From Gammaproteobacteria bacterium (lineage in GTDB: Bacteria; Pseudomonadota; Gammaproteobacteria; Eutrophobiales; Eutrophobiaceae), in contig CBDCTH010000012.1 of NCBI GenBank assembly GCA_965222155.1, forward strand, positions 1,696,001 to 1,760,000: a stretch of DNA of 64,000 nt, written 5' to 3'. Made by a program: the position numbers and the translations under genes. The notes below the pieces were generated by a model that was given only the letters and a program-made list of their open reading frames with translations, was not told the origin of the DNA and searched no databases. This document shows, one piece after another, positions 1-9,915 of this stretch (within the stretch, counting starts at the first letter, position 1; each line of letters starts with the position of its first letter).

Positions 1-999
1 ATGGGTGATACGATATTTTTCCTTGGTCGCCACCTCATGATACTTGGGCGGTCTTAAACCATAGCGCGCCAGGTCGTTGAATAAGGCCATCCCGCTCTCT
101 TCCCAGTAGATCTCCCAGGCCTGACGCCAGGACATGACCTTCTTGGGCAGCATGTAGTCCATCATGGTGCCTACCAGCCCGAGCAGGCGATAACCGCGCC
201 AGAACCATTTATCCAACCAGCCCTGGACGATGGGCAGGTTGTCTTCGTGCTGTTCCAGCATGAACTTGATGACTTCGAGTCCCAGCGTCATGTGGCGCGA
301 CTCGTCGGACTGGGCGGAGAAACCAAAGGTCGTCGTGGCCATATCACCGTTATAGGCCGCACCGGAGACGAACGGCATGAACAACAGGTTGGTCAACACG
401 TATTCAAAGGAAAACGAAATGGCGGTGATCAACTCAAACGGACCGGCAGTAACAGCATCTTCAAAATAACTTTTGGGAATGGACAGGTACCAGGCCCGGT
501 CCCGTATTCTTGCAAATTGCCTGAAGCCGTTGAAATATTTGTTGTAATGGCTGAAGGCATGCATCTGCGTCTGGTAATGGCGCATTTCGTCTATGGACTG
601 GAATTGGCAGGCCACCCGGGCGCCGGCGCCGCGGAAACCGCGTCCCAGCATGGCAAAACCCCGGAAAGCCGCATATTCCAGCGGCGTTATCCCCTGCATC
701 CAGAGCTTGACGGCATTCATGTAGCGGGCGTCGGAAATGTTGAGCTGGCTGTTATTCTGGGCGACGCTGTCAAGGATGGCATACAGTTTTCTTTCCTTTT
801 CAGCCTGGTATTTCCAGTAGGCGTCCATGGTCAGGCGGAATGGATCCTGCCATTTGTCCCAGTCTTTTATCTTGATCCCCTCGTACTTGTCGTACGGAAA
901 GACATCATCCATGGATTGGTAAGTGGTCTCCCAGTCCAACCCCCGGGTCATGAGTTGATATTTTTGATTCAAATTGAGACGTCTGGGTTTATCTGCCAT
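1..999 (-). CDS. dmpN: Phenol hydroxylase large (alpha/P3) oxygenase subunit, 3' end outside the window
   Basis: Not in the ORF track. Manual translation from ATG at 999 gives MADKPRRLNLNQKYQLMTRGLDWETTYQ...YEGIKIKDWDKWQDPFRLTMDAYWKYQ, with diiron motifs DEMRH and DESRH; it follows dmpKLM. Confidence 0.95.
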   Translation of the reverse strand, partial: MADKPRRLNLNQKYQLMTRGLDWETTYQSMDDVFPYDKYEGIKIKDWDKWQDPFRLTMDAYWKYQAEKERKLYAILDSVAQNNSQLNISDARYMNAVKLWMQGITPLEYAAFRGFAMLGRGFRGAGARVACQFQSIDEMRHYQTQMHAFSHYNKYFNGFRQFARIRDRAWYLSIPKSYFEDAVTAGPFELITAISFSFEYVLTNLLFMPFVSGAAYNGDMATTTFGFSAQSDESRHMTLGLEVIKFMLEQHEDNLPIVQGWLDKWFWRGYRLLGLVGTMMDYMLPKKVMSWRQAWEIYWEESGMALFNDLARYGLRPPKYHEVATKEKYRITH

Positions 1000-1022
1000 C
1001 GCGTATTCCTCTTAAATTCTTC

Positions 1023-1046
1023 GGGGACGGATTTAAATCCGTCCCC
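1023..1046. repeat. 24-bp perfect palindrome GGGGACGGATTTAAATCCGTCCCC (REP-like)
   Basis: Read directly from the sequence; a near-identical copy lies at 9748-9771. Confidence 0.85.
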
Positions 1047-1056
1047 TTGTCTCGGG

Positions 1057-1329
1057 TTAGAAATTCCACTGTAATACAAACTCGTCATCATCTTCCTCTA
1101 TGTTGCCTGCCAGGGAAATCAGGGTAAGGTGAATATCCTGCAAGTTGAATTCCCTGCCGATTTTCTCTTCGATGGTCTCACGTCTTATCACCAGACGTTT
1201 CGGGCAATCAATTTTTACCATCCCCGGAGAATCATTCACCACTGCAGCAGGATTATCATCGACGATTGCCTCTATTATCGGCTGTGCGTCCGGGTTGTTC
1301 TGTAATGCAATAAAAACGTTTTCCGCCAT
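1057..1329 (-). CDS. dmpM: Phenol hydroxylase regulatory/effector subunit P2 (MmoB/DmpM family)
   Basis: About 90 aa, MAENVFIALQ...DNPAAVVNDSPGMVKID...LISLAGNIEEDDDEF; position between dmpL and dmpN. Start moved to MAENV. Confidence 0.93.
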   Translation of the reverse strand: MAENVFIALQNNPDAQPIIEAIVDDNPAAVVNDSPGMVKIDCPKRLVIRRETIEEKIGREFNLQDIHLTLISLAGNIEEDDDEFVLQWNF

Positions 1330-1333
1330 GATC

Positions 1334-2326
1334 TTATCCCAGGATTTTTTTGGACCTCGCATCCAGCCGGGAAATTATCTGCCCCATCACGTCTGCGCTG
1401 TGCGCCGCAAAAATATATTCCGCCAACGGCTCTGCGGTCTTCACGGCCTGCGGCTGCCACCTGGTCAGCCACCCTTCTACCAGCGCCTTGTTACCGGCGG
1501 ATTCCCCGGCCGCCGTTTTAATAGTCTGATCAGTCCAGCGCGTCGCCTCGGCAAACCAGTCCACAAAAAATTCCGTGACCATGGCAAAAGCCGCCCCTCC
1601 TTCGCTGACGATTTCATTATCAAAATGCTGGAATAACAAGGGTTGCAATATCCCGTCGAGGAGGTAATTCTGTAATACGTGCAACTCGAACCAGTCTTTA
1701 ATCACAAAACTGTCTTCAATCACTTTACGTAACGGTTGCCACATAGGCTCATCCAGCCAGTCCGACTTGGCCTGATCCAGAACCGCCGGATCGTTATTTG
1801 ACAAAATTAAACCAATGCGTGTGATGTACTGGGCATTTCCGAGCCGATCCATACCCTGAAAATCGGCGGCGATAGGCATGGGCGTACCGAAACCGTAGGC
1901 TGCGATGAACAGGTTATTGGTATTCGCTCCCCACTCCGCGTGGCGGAACGGTACGACGACCTTCTTGATCTTCTCAATCAGGCCCTCATCCAGGGCGGTC
2001 AGCAAGCCGCGTTTCTCGACCACGGAAAAGTTCTTTTCCAGGGATTCCTGTTGCTTTGATCTTTGTATGACGTAAGTAGCGTAATAATACTGGCGCGGAT
2101 CCACCAGGTCATCGAAATCCATCATGTTTATGGCGGTGCGATCAGCATCGAAGATGTCATGCTCCGGGTCCCAGGTGGGACGGTAGTGGAACACATGTTC
2201 CTGCTGCACCCCGATCATCACTTCCTGGTAACGGTTGGGCGTCTTGCCCTCACCCAGCTTTTTTGCAACGTTGTCGAAGGTGACCCTTCTTGGTTCTATT
2301 TTAGTCGTTTTAATATCAATGGACAT
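1334..2326 (-). CDS. dmpL: Phenol hydroxylase beta (P1) subunit
   Basis: 330 aa, FHYRPTWDP...DPRQYYYATYV, WQPLRKVIED, DWFELHVLQN motifs; operon order. Confidence 0.95.
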   Translation of the reverse strand: MSIDIKTTKIEPRRVTFDNVAKKLGEGKTPNRYQEVMIGVQQEHVFHYRPTWDPEHDIFDADRTAINMMDFDDLVDPRQYYYATYVIQRSKQQESLEKNFSVVEKRGLLTALDEGLIEKIKKVVVPFRHAEWGANTNNLFIAAYGFGTPMPIAADFQGMDRLGNAQYITRIGLILSNNDPAVLDQAKSDWLDEPMWQPLRKVIEDSFVIKDWFELHVLQNYLLDGILQPLLFQHFDNEIVSEGGAAFAMVTEFFVDWFAEATRWTDQTIKTAAGESAGNKALVEGWLTRWQPQAVKTAEPLAEYIFAAHSADVMGQIISRLDARSKKILG

Positions 2327-2380
2327 CTGACTGATCCCCGAATATCTCTAGTTCATGCTTGTCATGTACACCTGATCAGC

Positions 2381-2599
2381 TTAACCGTAGCGCCATTTAT
2401 CCTGTTGTTGCGCAACTGCTTCAGCCTGTTCATCCGTGAGAAACGTCACCTGATTGGACTTGCAAAAATCATTAAACGCCGCAACCGGCAAAATCATCTC
2501 CAGGTAAAGAGACGGGTCGCCGATGGAAAAATTAAACTCGACGAACCCAGGCCTGTCTCTGCTGGTGATGTATACATAGCGTGTTTGCGTCTTGATCAT
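2381..2599 (-). CDS. dmpK: Phenol hydroxylase assembly protein P0
   Basis: RYVYIT...FVEFNFSIGDPSLYLEMILPVAAFNDFC...DKWRYG signature. Confidence 0.92.
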   Translation of the reverse strand: MIKTQTRYVYITSRDRPGFVEFNFSIGDPSLYLEMILPVAAFNDFCKSNQVTFLTDEQAEAVAQQQDKWRYG

Positions 2600-2640
2600 A
2601 GCCGATTTTTGCTGTTTGTCATCCCTGATATCCTGATAAC

Positions 2641-2665
2641 ATCGATTTTATTAAAAAAAATCGAT
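2641..2665. promoter_or_regulatory. Putative operator ATCGAT-N13-ATCGAT upstream of dmpK
   Basis: Same motif with the same spacing occurs at 9860-9884 upstream of dmpD. Confidence 0.6.
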
Positions 2666-2672
2666 ATATTTT

Positions 2673-3029
2673 TCATATTTCCATACCCAACAACTTTGCA
2701 TAGACCCGGTGCGGCTCCGGTTCAGTCTCCCCCTCCAGGTTGATACTGATATTGACGGAATCAAAATAGTCATACCAGCGGGATTGCTGGATGTTGCTGT
2801 CAAGTACGCGGATATCCTGTTCCGTTCTCATGGCAAATACGCCGACATAACCTTGTTCCGGCGCCTTGTTCAGGCTGCGGTCCACTTTGCTCCAGCCCAG
2901 TGTCATGACGCCATGGCTGCGCGCCTCGTTGATGGCGCCGTCAAGGGAACGCAGGTAAGCAGCCTGCTCCGGCTCCGATAAAGCAAACCATTTTCTATTG
3001 GGTTCCCAGAGTATCATTAGAATCTGCAT
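2673..3029 (-). CDS. Hypothetical protein (possibly DUF6616-like)
   Basis: 118-aa ORF co-oriented with dmp genes; family recognised only loosely. Confidence 0.65.
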   Translation of the reverse strand: MQILMILWEPNRKWFALSEPEQAAYLRSLDGAINEARSHGVMTLGWSKVDRSLNKAPEQGYVGVFAMRTEQDIRVLDSNIQQSRWYDYFDSVNISINLEGETEPEPHRVYAKLLGMEI

Positions 3030-3117
3030 CGAATTATCACCTGCGAAAGCCGCTTAATGCCGGGGGTTGTTTGTGGTGAGGGGTATTCTTTAGACCATTC
3101 AGCCAGGAAACACGGTC

Positions 3118-3846
3118 CTATAACCTGACCAGGCAGTCAACCAGGTGTTCGGGGCACGAATAAAAGGGAGAGTGGTCCGTTTCCAGGGTCAGCAATGCAT
3201 CCAGCCTCGCCTTTTTCTGCATCTGCTGCTGCATAGGCCAGGTCAGGGCCTGGTCTTTGATACATTCGATATAGCAACGACGCACCCTTCCGTAGTTTTC
3301 CGGGGTGATACGGACAGGTTGTACCAGCGGCGCCAGCGGTTGTGGCCGCAGACGGGCTATGGCATTGTTCGTATCCTCCTCACTGCACAGGCCGTAGAAG
3401 CATTCAGGTAGCCTATCGGGCGGGATGGTAAAGTATCCTTCTGCTTCGTTGACCTCGTGATAGAGCGTAACGTGAGACTCGGTGTCGGCCATGGCATAAT
3501 CAAACAGCGATTCCCCGTTTCTGGGCGAAAACGCCGCCAGGTAACCTAGCGCCTGTATTCGGTCAGGGACAAATTCAGCGGTTTGAGTGATGATCAGGCC
3601 GCCCATGCTGTGGCCAACCAGGATGACCGGGTCGTTTATCGAAAGGATCATTTCCCTGACGGCATTCACATATGAATCCAGGGAAATCTCGGAAATGGGC
3701 GTAGGATCTTTCCCCAGCCCCGGCAAATCAAGGGTATGTGCTTCATGGCCCATTTCAGAGAGCAACGGTGTGACTTTCTCCCAGCACCAGGCGCCGTGCC
3801 AGGCACCGTGTACCAGGACGAAATGTTTTGTACCTGAGTTACCCAT
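3118..3846 (-). CDS. Alpha/beta-fold esterase, methylesterase (SABP2/MES)-like
   Basis: FVLVHGAWHGAWCW, GHSMGG nucleophile elbow, DHSPF catalytic His. Confidence 0.9.
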   Translation of the reverse strand: MGNSGTKHFVLVHGAWHGAWCWEKVTPLLSEMGHEAHTLDLPGLGKDPTPISEISLDSYVNAVREMILSINDPVILVGHSMGGLIITQTAEFVPDRIQALGYLAAFSPRNGESLFDYAMADTESHVTLYHEVNEAEGYFTIPPDRLPECFYGLCSEEDTNNAIARLRPQPLAPLVQPVRITPENYGRVRRCYIECIKDQALTWPMQQQMQKKARLDALLTLETDHSPFYSCPEHLVDCLVRL

Positions 3847-3956
3847 TACTGTTAATCTCCCGCTTCCCAGCTTACGTGGTAAACTTCATCATTCGTTGTA
3901 GAGTCTAACTCGCTGACAGGACACACTCAAATCCATGTTCCGGCGCTGCCTCAATG

Positions 3957-4736
3957 CTACTGGGAAAGACGTCTAGCCAGTGACTTCATTCTCGACATGC
4001 GTTCAATCGATGAAGGGTGCGTACCGGTATAGCCCCCTGACAAGTGTTTTCTTGTTTTGTAAAGTAACTCTCGCAAGCGTACCGCCCCGTGTGGGTCGTA
4101 GCCGGCTTCAACCGCCCAGATCGCGCCCAAATAGTCTGCTTCACGTTCGTTGTCGCGACTGTATCGGGTAATTGTTACGTTCAGCTTGTTGGAACGAGGT
4201 TTGTCTTTACGTTCATCGCCGTGATTCAGCTTCAGATGAGCCAGTTCGTGACCTATCAGAGCCGCGGCCATATGGATATCCAGCCTGAGCAAATCAAGCA
4301 TGGCGAAATTGATTTTGACAATATTGATTTTAACGGCATTTTTCTTATCGATTGGTTTTTTGTTCGCGACAGCGTTCCCCTGTATGCTGACTTCTTCAGC
4401 GTTGGGTTCATCTGTATCTTTTTCATTGGCTTTTACCGGGACCAGTTCTGCCATACCCTTGCTGGCAAAGGCGTTGGGATGTTCACCATCAACGATTAAC
4501 AGTTCCGCGTGGACTTCTGAGACATCTTCAATAGCCTTCATCACCGAATAAAGATAGACCATTTGTTTTGCATCAATTTTCTTCAGGAACCTGTTATTTT
4601 TATCTCGCAGCTTAATGTTCGCGGCATTCGTTCTGGCCAGGTCTTCAATTTTCCAAGTGTAGTTATACGATGCTGCAAAACTGTAGCTTGTTATCAGCAA
4701 CCACAGCCAGGTTATAAAGACGGTCTGTTTGATCAT
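3957..4736 (-). CDS. Secreted M48-family metallopeptidase
   Basis: Signal peptide, PNAFA, GHELAH (HExxH), EREAD, THP motifs. Confidence 0.85.
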   Translation of the reverse strand: MIKQTVFITWLWLLITSYSFAASYNYTWKIEDLARTNAANIKLRDKNNRFLKKIDAKQMVYLYSVMKAIEDVSEVHAELLIVDGEHPNAFASKGMAELVPVKANEKDTDEPNAEEVSIQGNAVANKKPIDKKNAVKINIVKINFAMLDLLRLDIHMAAALIGHELAHLKLNHGDERKDKPRSNKLNVTITRYSRDNEREADYLGAIWAVEAGYDPHGAVRLRELLYKTRKHLSGGYTGTHPSSIERMSRMKSLARRLSQ

Positions 4737-4823
4737 GGAAAAAGTTTGCTCATCGTAATAGCTGTCCTATAGTATATATCCATCACCCCCCTCCTTCAGG
4801 CTCATTTCATATTGGAAAATACT

Positions 4824-7800
4824 GCGACCTGGACCTGGTCGTGGGTGGGTATTACGGTGCCCTGAACTACTACGAGAACACCGGCAGCCGTAGTCAGCCG
4901 GACTTCACCGCGCGCATCGGCGCTGCCAATCCCTTGGATGGCATCGACGTGGGTGAGGGCAGCGCCCCAACCTTTGGCGACCTGGACGGTGACCCGGACC
5001 TGGTCGTGGGTGAGAGGGACGGCACCCTGCACTACTACGAGAACACCGGCAGCCGTAGTCATCTGGACTTCACCGCGCGCATCGGCGCTGCCAATCCCCT
5101 GGATGGCATTGATGTGGGTGATTACAGCGCCCCAACCTTTGCTGACTTGGACGGCGACGGCGACCTGGACCTGGTCGTGGGTGAGAGCTATGGCGTCCTG
5201 AACTACTACGAGAACACCGGTACCGGCAGTCAGCCGATCTTTACAGAGCGCACCGGCACTGCCAATCCACTGGATGGTATAGGTAGGGGAGGTATTAATG
5301 TGGGTGATTACAGCACCCCAACCTTTGCCGACTTGGATGGTGACGGCGACCTGGACCTGGTCGTGGGTGGGGGGGACGGCGTCCTGAACTACTACGAGAA
5401 CACCGGCAGCCGCAGTCAGCCGAGCTTCACAGAGCGAACCGGCGTTGGCAATCCCCTAGCTGGTATCGATGTGGGTTTTTATAGTACACCAACCTTTACC
5501 GACCTGGATGACGACGGCGACCCGGACCTGGTCGTAGGTGAGGAGGACGGCATCCTGAACTACTACGAGAATACCGGCAGCCGTAGTCAGCCGAGCTTCA
5601 CAAAACGCTTCGGCGCCGCCAATCCCCTGCCTGACGTCGATGTGGGTGATGGCAGCACCCCAGCCTTTGCCGACCTGGACAACGACGGCGACCCGGACCT
5701 GGTCGTGGGTGAGTGGGACGGCACCCTGCACCACTACGAGAATACCGGCAGCCGTAGTCAGCCAGACTTCACCGCGCGCATCGGCGCTGTCAAACCCTTG
5801 GGGGGCATCGATGTGAGTGATTTGAGCACCCCAACCTTTGGCGACCTGGACGGCGACGGCGACCCGGACCTGGTCGTGGGTGAGTGGGACGGCAACCTGA
5901 ACTACTACGAGAATACCGGCTCCCGCAACAATAAAGAACACAACGGCGATGCGGTTGCTGGTGTCGACACCCAATATACAATGTCCGTCGATGACGTCTT
6001 CCGGGGTACATTAAACTCCACCAGTCATGAGGATGAAAGTTTGACCGATACGGATTGGATTCGCATCGAACTGACCGCCGGGAAGATCTACAACTTCAGT
6101 ATTGCAAGCCTTGGGACGACGGAGAACGTTTGGTTCGACCTTTCACTCCTGGACTCGAGCGGGGACAAAATCCTGTCCATGGTTTCCGGTTCTGATGGTG
6201 TGGTTGATGTTCAGCGAGTGTCGGCTACCGGCACGTATTACCTCAAAGTAGAAGGTGGGGATGCCGACGACAGCTTGGACTACGAAGTGTCAGTCGTTGA
6301 GAACACGATCCCCGAAGGGACCTATGACGAGATTGCCGATTATCTGACTGACGGCTACTGGGAGATGGATTGGAGATCCCGCCGCGCCTTCAATGTTGAA
6401 CCCGGCGGTACCTTGACCGCTGACATCACCACCTTGACCCCCGCGGGTCAGCAGTTCGCCCGTTGGGCCCTTGAGGCATGGACCGCCGTCACCGGTATCG
6501 GTTTCGAGTTCGTGGACGGCGCTGCGCACATCACCTTTGACGACGAGAATGTCGAGGATGTTGGCGGCTATGCCGAGTCGAATGTCTCGGACAGTGAGAT
6601 TCTCTCCTCATACGTCAGCGTCTGGAAAGACTCTCTTCCTGTCCATGCCACGATTGACAGCTATGCTTTGCACACCTACCTCCGCGAAATCGGCCATGCC
6701 CTCGGTCTTGGGCACCCGGGACCTTACGGTGGTGAAGGCGTTACCTACAGTGACCATGCCAAATTCCTGAACGACTCTGACCAGGCGACAGTGATGTCCT
6801 ACTTCTCCCAACAGGAGAACACTTATATTGAGGCCAGCTACGCTTACCCGGTCACGCCGATGATTGCGGACATCATCGCCATTCAGAATCTGTATGGCAC
6901 GCCCACCGATATCAACCTCGGCGACAACCGTGTATGGCGTCAACAGCAATGTGGGAGGCTACCCTGGTCAGCTCTTTGCACGCTGGACCGGTGAGGAAAA
7001 TCCCTTCGTTGACATCGATGTGAGTAATCTCAGCGCGCCAGCTTTTGCCGACCTAAACAGCGACGGTGACCTGGACCTGGTCGTGGGTGAGTGGGACGGC
7101 GCCCTGCACTACTACGAGAACACCGGCAGCCGCAGTCAGCCGGGCTTCATAGAGCGCACCGGTGCTGCCAATCCCCTGGATGGTATCGAGGTGGACTATA
7201 ACAGCGCCCCAACCTTTGCCGACCTGGACAACGACGGCGACCCGGACCTGGTCGTGGGTGAGTGGTACGGCGCCCTGCACTACTACGAGAACACCGGTAC
7301 ACGCAGTCAGCCGAGCTTCACAGAGCGTACTGGCACTGCCAATCCCCTGGATGGTATCGATGTGGATGATATTGATGTGAATTATGAGAGCACCCCAACC
7401 TTTGCCGACCTGAATGGCGACGGCGACCTGGACCTGGTGGTGGGTGAGATTGAAGGCACCCTGCACTACTACGAGAACATCGGCAGCCGCAGTCAGCCGG
7501 GCTTCACAAAGCGCACCGGCGTTGACAATCCCCTGGATGGCATCGATGTGGATAGTAACAGCGCCCCAACCTTTGCCGACCTGGACAACGACGGCGACCT
7601 GGACCTGGTCGTGGGTGAGTGGTACGGCGGCGCCCTGCACTACTACGAGAACACCGGCAGCCGCAGTCAGCCGGGCTTCACAGAGCGCACCGGTGCTGCC
7701 AACCCACTGGATGGTATTTATGTGGATTCTGAAAGCATCCCAACCTTTGCCGACCTGGACGGCGATGGCGACCTGGACCTGGTCGTAGGTGAGTATGAAG

Positions 7801-8801
7801 GCATCCTGCACTACTACGAGAACACCGGCAGCCGCACCGAGGCGAGTTTCACCCCACATTCTCTTAGCGAACAACCGGTCGCGCTGACCCTCTACGACAA
7901 CGGCGGCAGCGATACGCTCGACCTGCGCACGGATACGGCTGACCAGCGAGTCGACTTACGCCCGGAGGGGATCTCGAACGTCTACGGCCTGGTCGGTAAT
8001 CTGGTCATCGCCCGAGGGACGGTGATCGAACACTTCATCGCCGGCTCCGGCAATGACACAGTCATCGGCAACACGGCCGCCAATCGTCTGGAGGGACGCG
8101 CCGGCAATGATCTCCTCTGGGGCAGCGCCGGCAATGATCTATTAATCGGCGGCCCGGGCGCGGATCGACTGGTTGGCAACAGCGGGCATGACACGGCTTC
8201 CTGGGCCCATTCCCCCACCGGTGTCACGGTGCGCCTGCACAGCCTCTCGGCCAGCGGTGGCGATGCGACCGGTGATACCTTCCCTTACCGGGTTGACGTC
8301 GCCTGGACCGATAGTAACGGTGTTGAGCAGACCGAATCCCTGCCCGATGTCGAGCACCTGAGCGGCTCTGCCCACGACGACGTGCTGGCCGGGGACCGCC
8401 GGGATAACAGCATCGACGGTGGCGCTGGCCACGATACCCTGTACGGCGGCCCGGGCGGCGGCGATGACCGGCTGGCCGGTGGGCCGGGCGACGACCGGCT
8501 CTACGGCGGGCAGGGGAGGGACCGCCTCGCCGGCGGTGCGGGCGACGACCGGTTGGTGGGTGGCCCGGGCGCAGACGTGTTCGTGGTGTCCCCTGGGGAG
8601 GGGCAGGACACCGTGACGGACTTCACCGACGGCGAAGACCGCATTGACCTGACGGCCTTCGGGCTGGCAGGCATTGACGACCTCACCACCACGACCACGA
8701 CAGACGGTGTGGCGCTTGACCTCACCGACAGCGGTGGTAGCACGATCCTGCTGGCGGACTTTGCTATGGCCAACCTGGATGCGACGGACTTTATTATTTG
8801 A
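4824..8801 (+). pseudogene. FG-GAP/VCBS-repeat, serralysin (M10)-like, RTX-repeat surface protein; 5'-truncated and frameshifted
   Basis: ORFs 4841-6994 and 6864-8801 join if one A at about 6926 is removed (restores GDTVYG). About 12 DLDxDGDxDLVVGE repeats in two blocks, REIGHALGLGH, TVMSY Met-turn, GGxGxD nonapeptides. It begins mid-repeat with no in-frame ATG. Confidence 0.8.
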
Positions 8802-8864
8802 CCGAATCCCGATTTCCTGGTCTATACTGCCCATTTCCTCAATCCTACACGTACAGAAAAAACC

Positions 8865-9425
8865 ATGAAACGACTTCTACCTATTATTTTAATGTTTGTA
8901 TTTTGTGGGTGTGCTTATATCCCACAACAAGCTGTCATACAAGTGGATACTGATATGGTTGTTGAAACTTCAACCGGTGGTGGAAAAACTGTTTTTGTTG
9001 ACTTTAGGGATGAACGACCTTCAAAGAATATAGGAAGTAGAGGTCTGTTAGGTAGCGGTAAAATAACAACTGAAGGAAACCTTGCAGTAATTATACATAA
9101 CGCAATAGAAGACATTCTCGAAAAACAAGACTTCGTGCCAGTTAAAAATAATGCAGACGTTAAACTAGAAATACAGTTAAGAGCTTTTGAATATGATATT
9201 CGGATGGGATTTTGGACTGGTGGAATATTTTTGACTTCATTAATTAAAGTAATCGCTACAACAGAAAACGGTGAATACGATAATATTTACCGATATGAGG
9301 ATGAAAACAGGGTTGTATTCATCCCTTTTGCTATAGAAAATGAAAAATGGTTGAACGAGATGGCTGACGGAGTAGTCGAGCAAATATTTAGTGACAGGGC
9401 GTTGCTAAACCATTTGGCTGAATAA
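8865..9425 (+). CDS. Lipoprotein, YajG-like
   Basis: Hydrophobic N-terminus with lipobox-like Cys (GCA), D.R motif; AT-rich gene. Confidence 0.7.
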   Translation: MKRLLPIILMFVFCGCAYIPQQAVIQVDTDMVVETSTGGGKTVFVDFRDERPSKNIGSRGLLGSGKITTEGNLAVIIHNAIEDILEKQDFVPVKNNADVKLEIQLRAFEYDIRMGFWTGGIFLTSLIKVIATTENGEYDNIYRYEDENRVVFIPFAIENEKWLNEMADGVVEQIFSDRALLNHLAE

Positions 9426-9669
9426 CTCATCACACGTTACAAGTTAAGAGATCATCTTGTGCGACCTGTTTGGCAGTCCTGCTAAAGGACAGTCTAAGGA
9501 CAGGATAGGACCTGCCTAACTATTTGTTTTAGTTGAGTTTATTCGCCTATTTCCTGGATTGCATTATTCAGGGTCTGTTCCTGGGATGTGGAGAAATAAG
9601 GCGTATCTGGTGTTGGATGTGGCGTTCCGGTTGTCCTGATTGGTCTACACACAGCAGTTCCCGCTAACT

Positions 9670-9725
9670 CCCGGGATCGAGGGCATCCTGCTCTCGTGGA
9701 GGGCGAGACGCCCTCCCTTCCAGGG
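9670..9725. repeat. REP-like double hairpin (GAGGGCATCCTGCTCTC / GAGGGCGAGACGCCCTC)
   Basis: Two short imperfect palindromes inside a longer imperfect inverted repeat in an intergenic region. Confidence 0.5.
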
Positions 9726-9747
9726 AAACCTGTCCCCTTATCTCCTG

Positions 9748-9771
9748 GGGGACAGATTTAAATCTGTCCCC
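9748..9771. repeat. 24-bp perfect palindrome GGGGACAGATTTAAATCTGTCCCC (REP-like)
   Basis: Read directly; second member of the family at 1023-1046, with compensatory changes. Confidence 0.85.
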
Positions 9772-9859
9772 TCCTGTCTTCGAATCCGACAAGAATCACC
9801 GTATTGACCTCGATTTAGCGGGAGTGCCTGCCACTCAAATAAATTAGACCTGGAAAAAT

Positions 9860-9884
9860 ATCGATTTTTTATGTAATAATCGAT
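9860..9884. promoter_or_regulatory. Putative operator ATCGAT-N13-ATCGAT upstream of dmpD
   Basis: Matches 2641-2665. Confidence 0.6.
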
Positions 9885-9915
9885 AAAAAATAATGTTTTA
9901 AACAAGGATATACCT

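Noticed and set aside
247-1074. 275-aa plus-strand ORF
   Set aside because: Antisense shadow of dmpN, which has clear family motifs on the minus strand.
4824-7840. Regularly spaced DNA repeats as a possible CRISPR array
   Set aside because: Units are about 170-195 bp, in frame and encode FG-GAP repeats; there are no unique spacers or cas genes.
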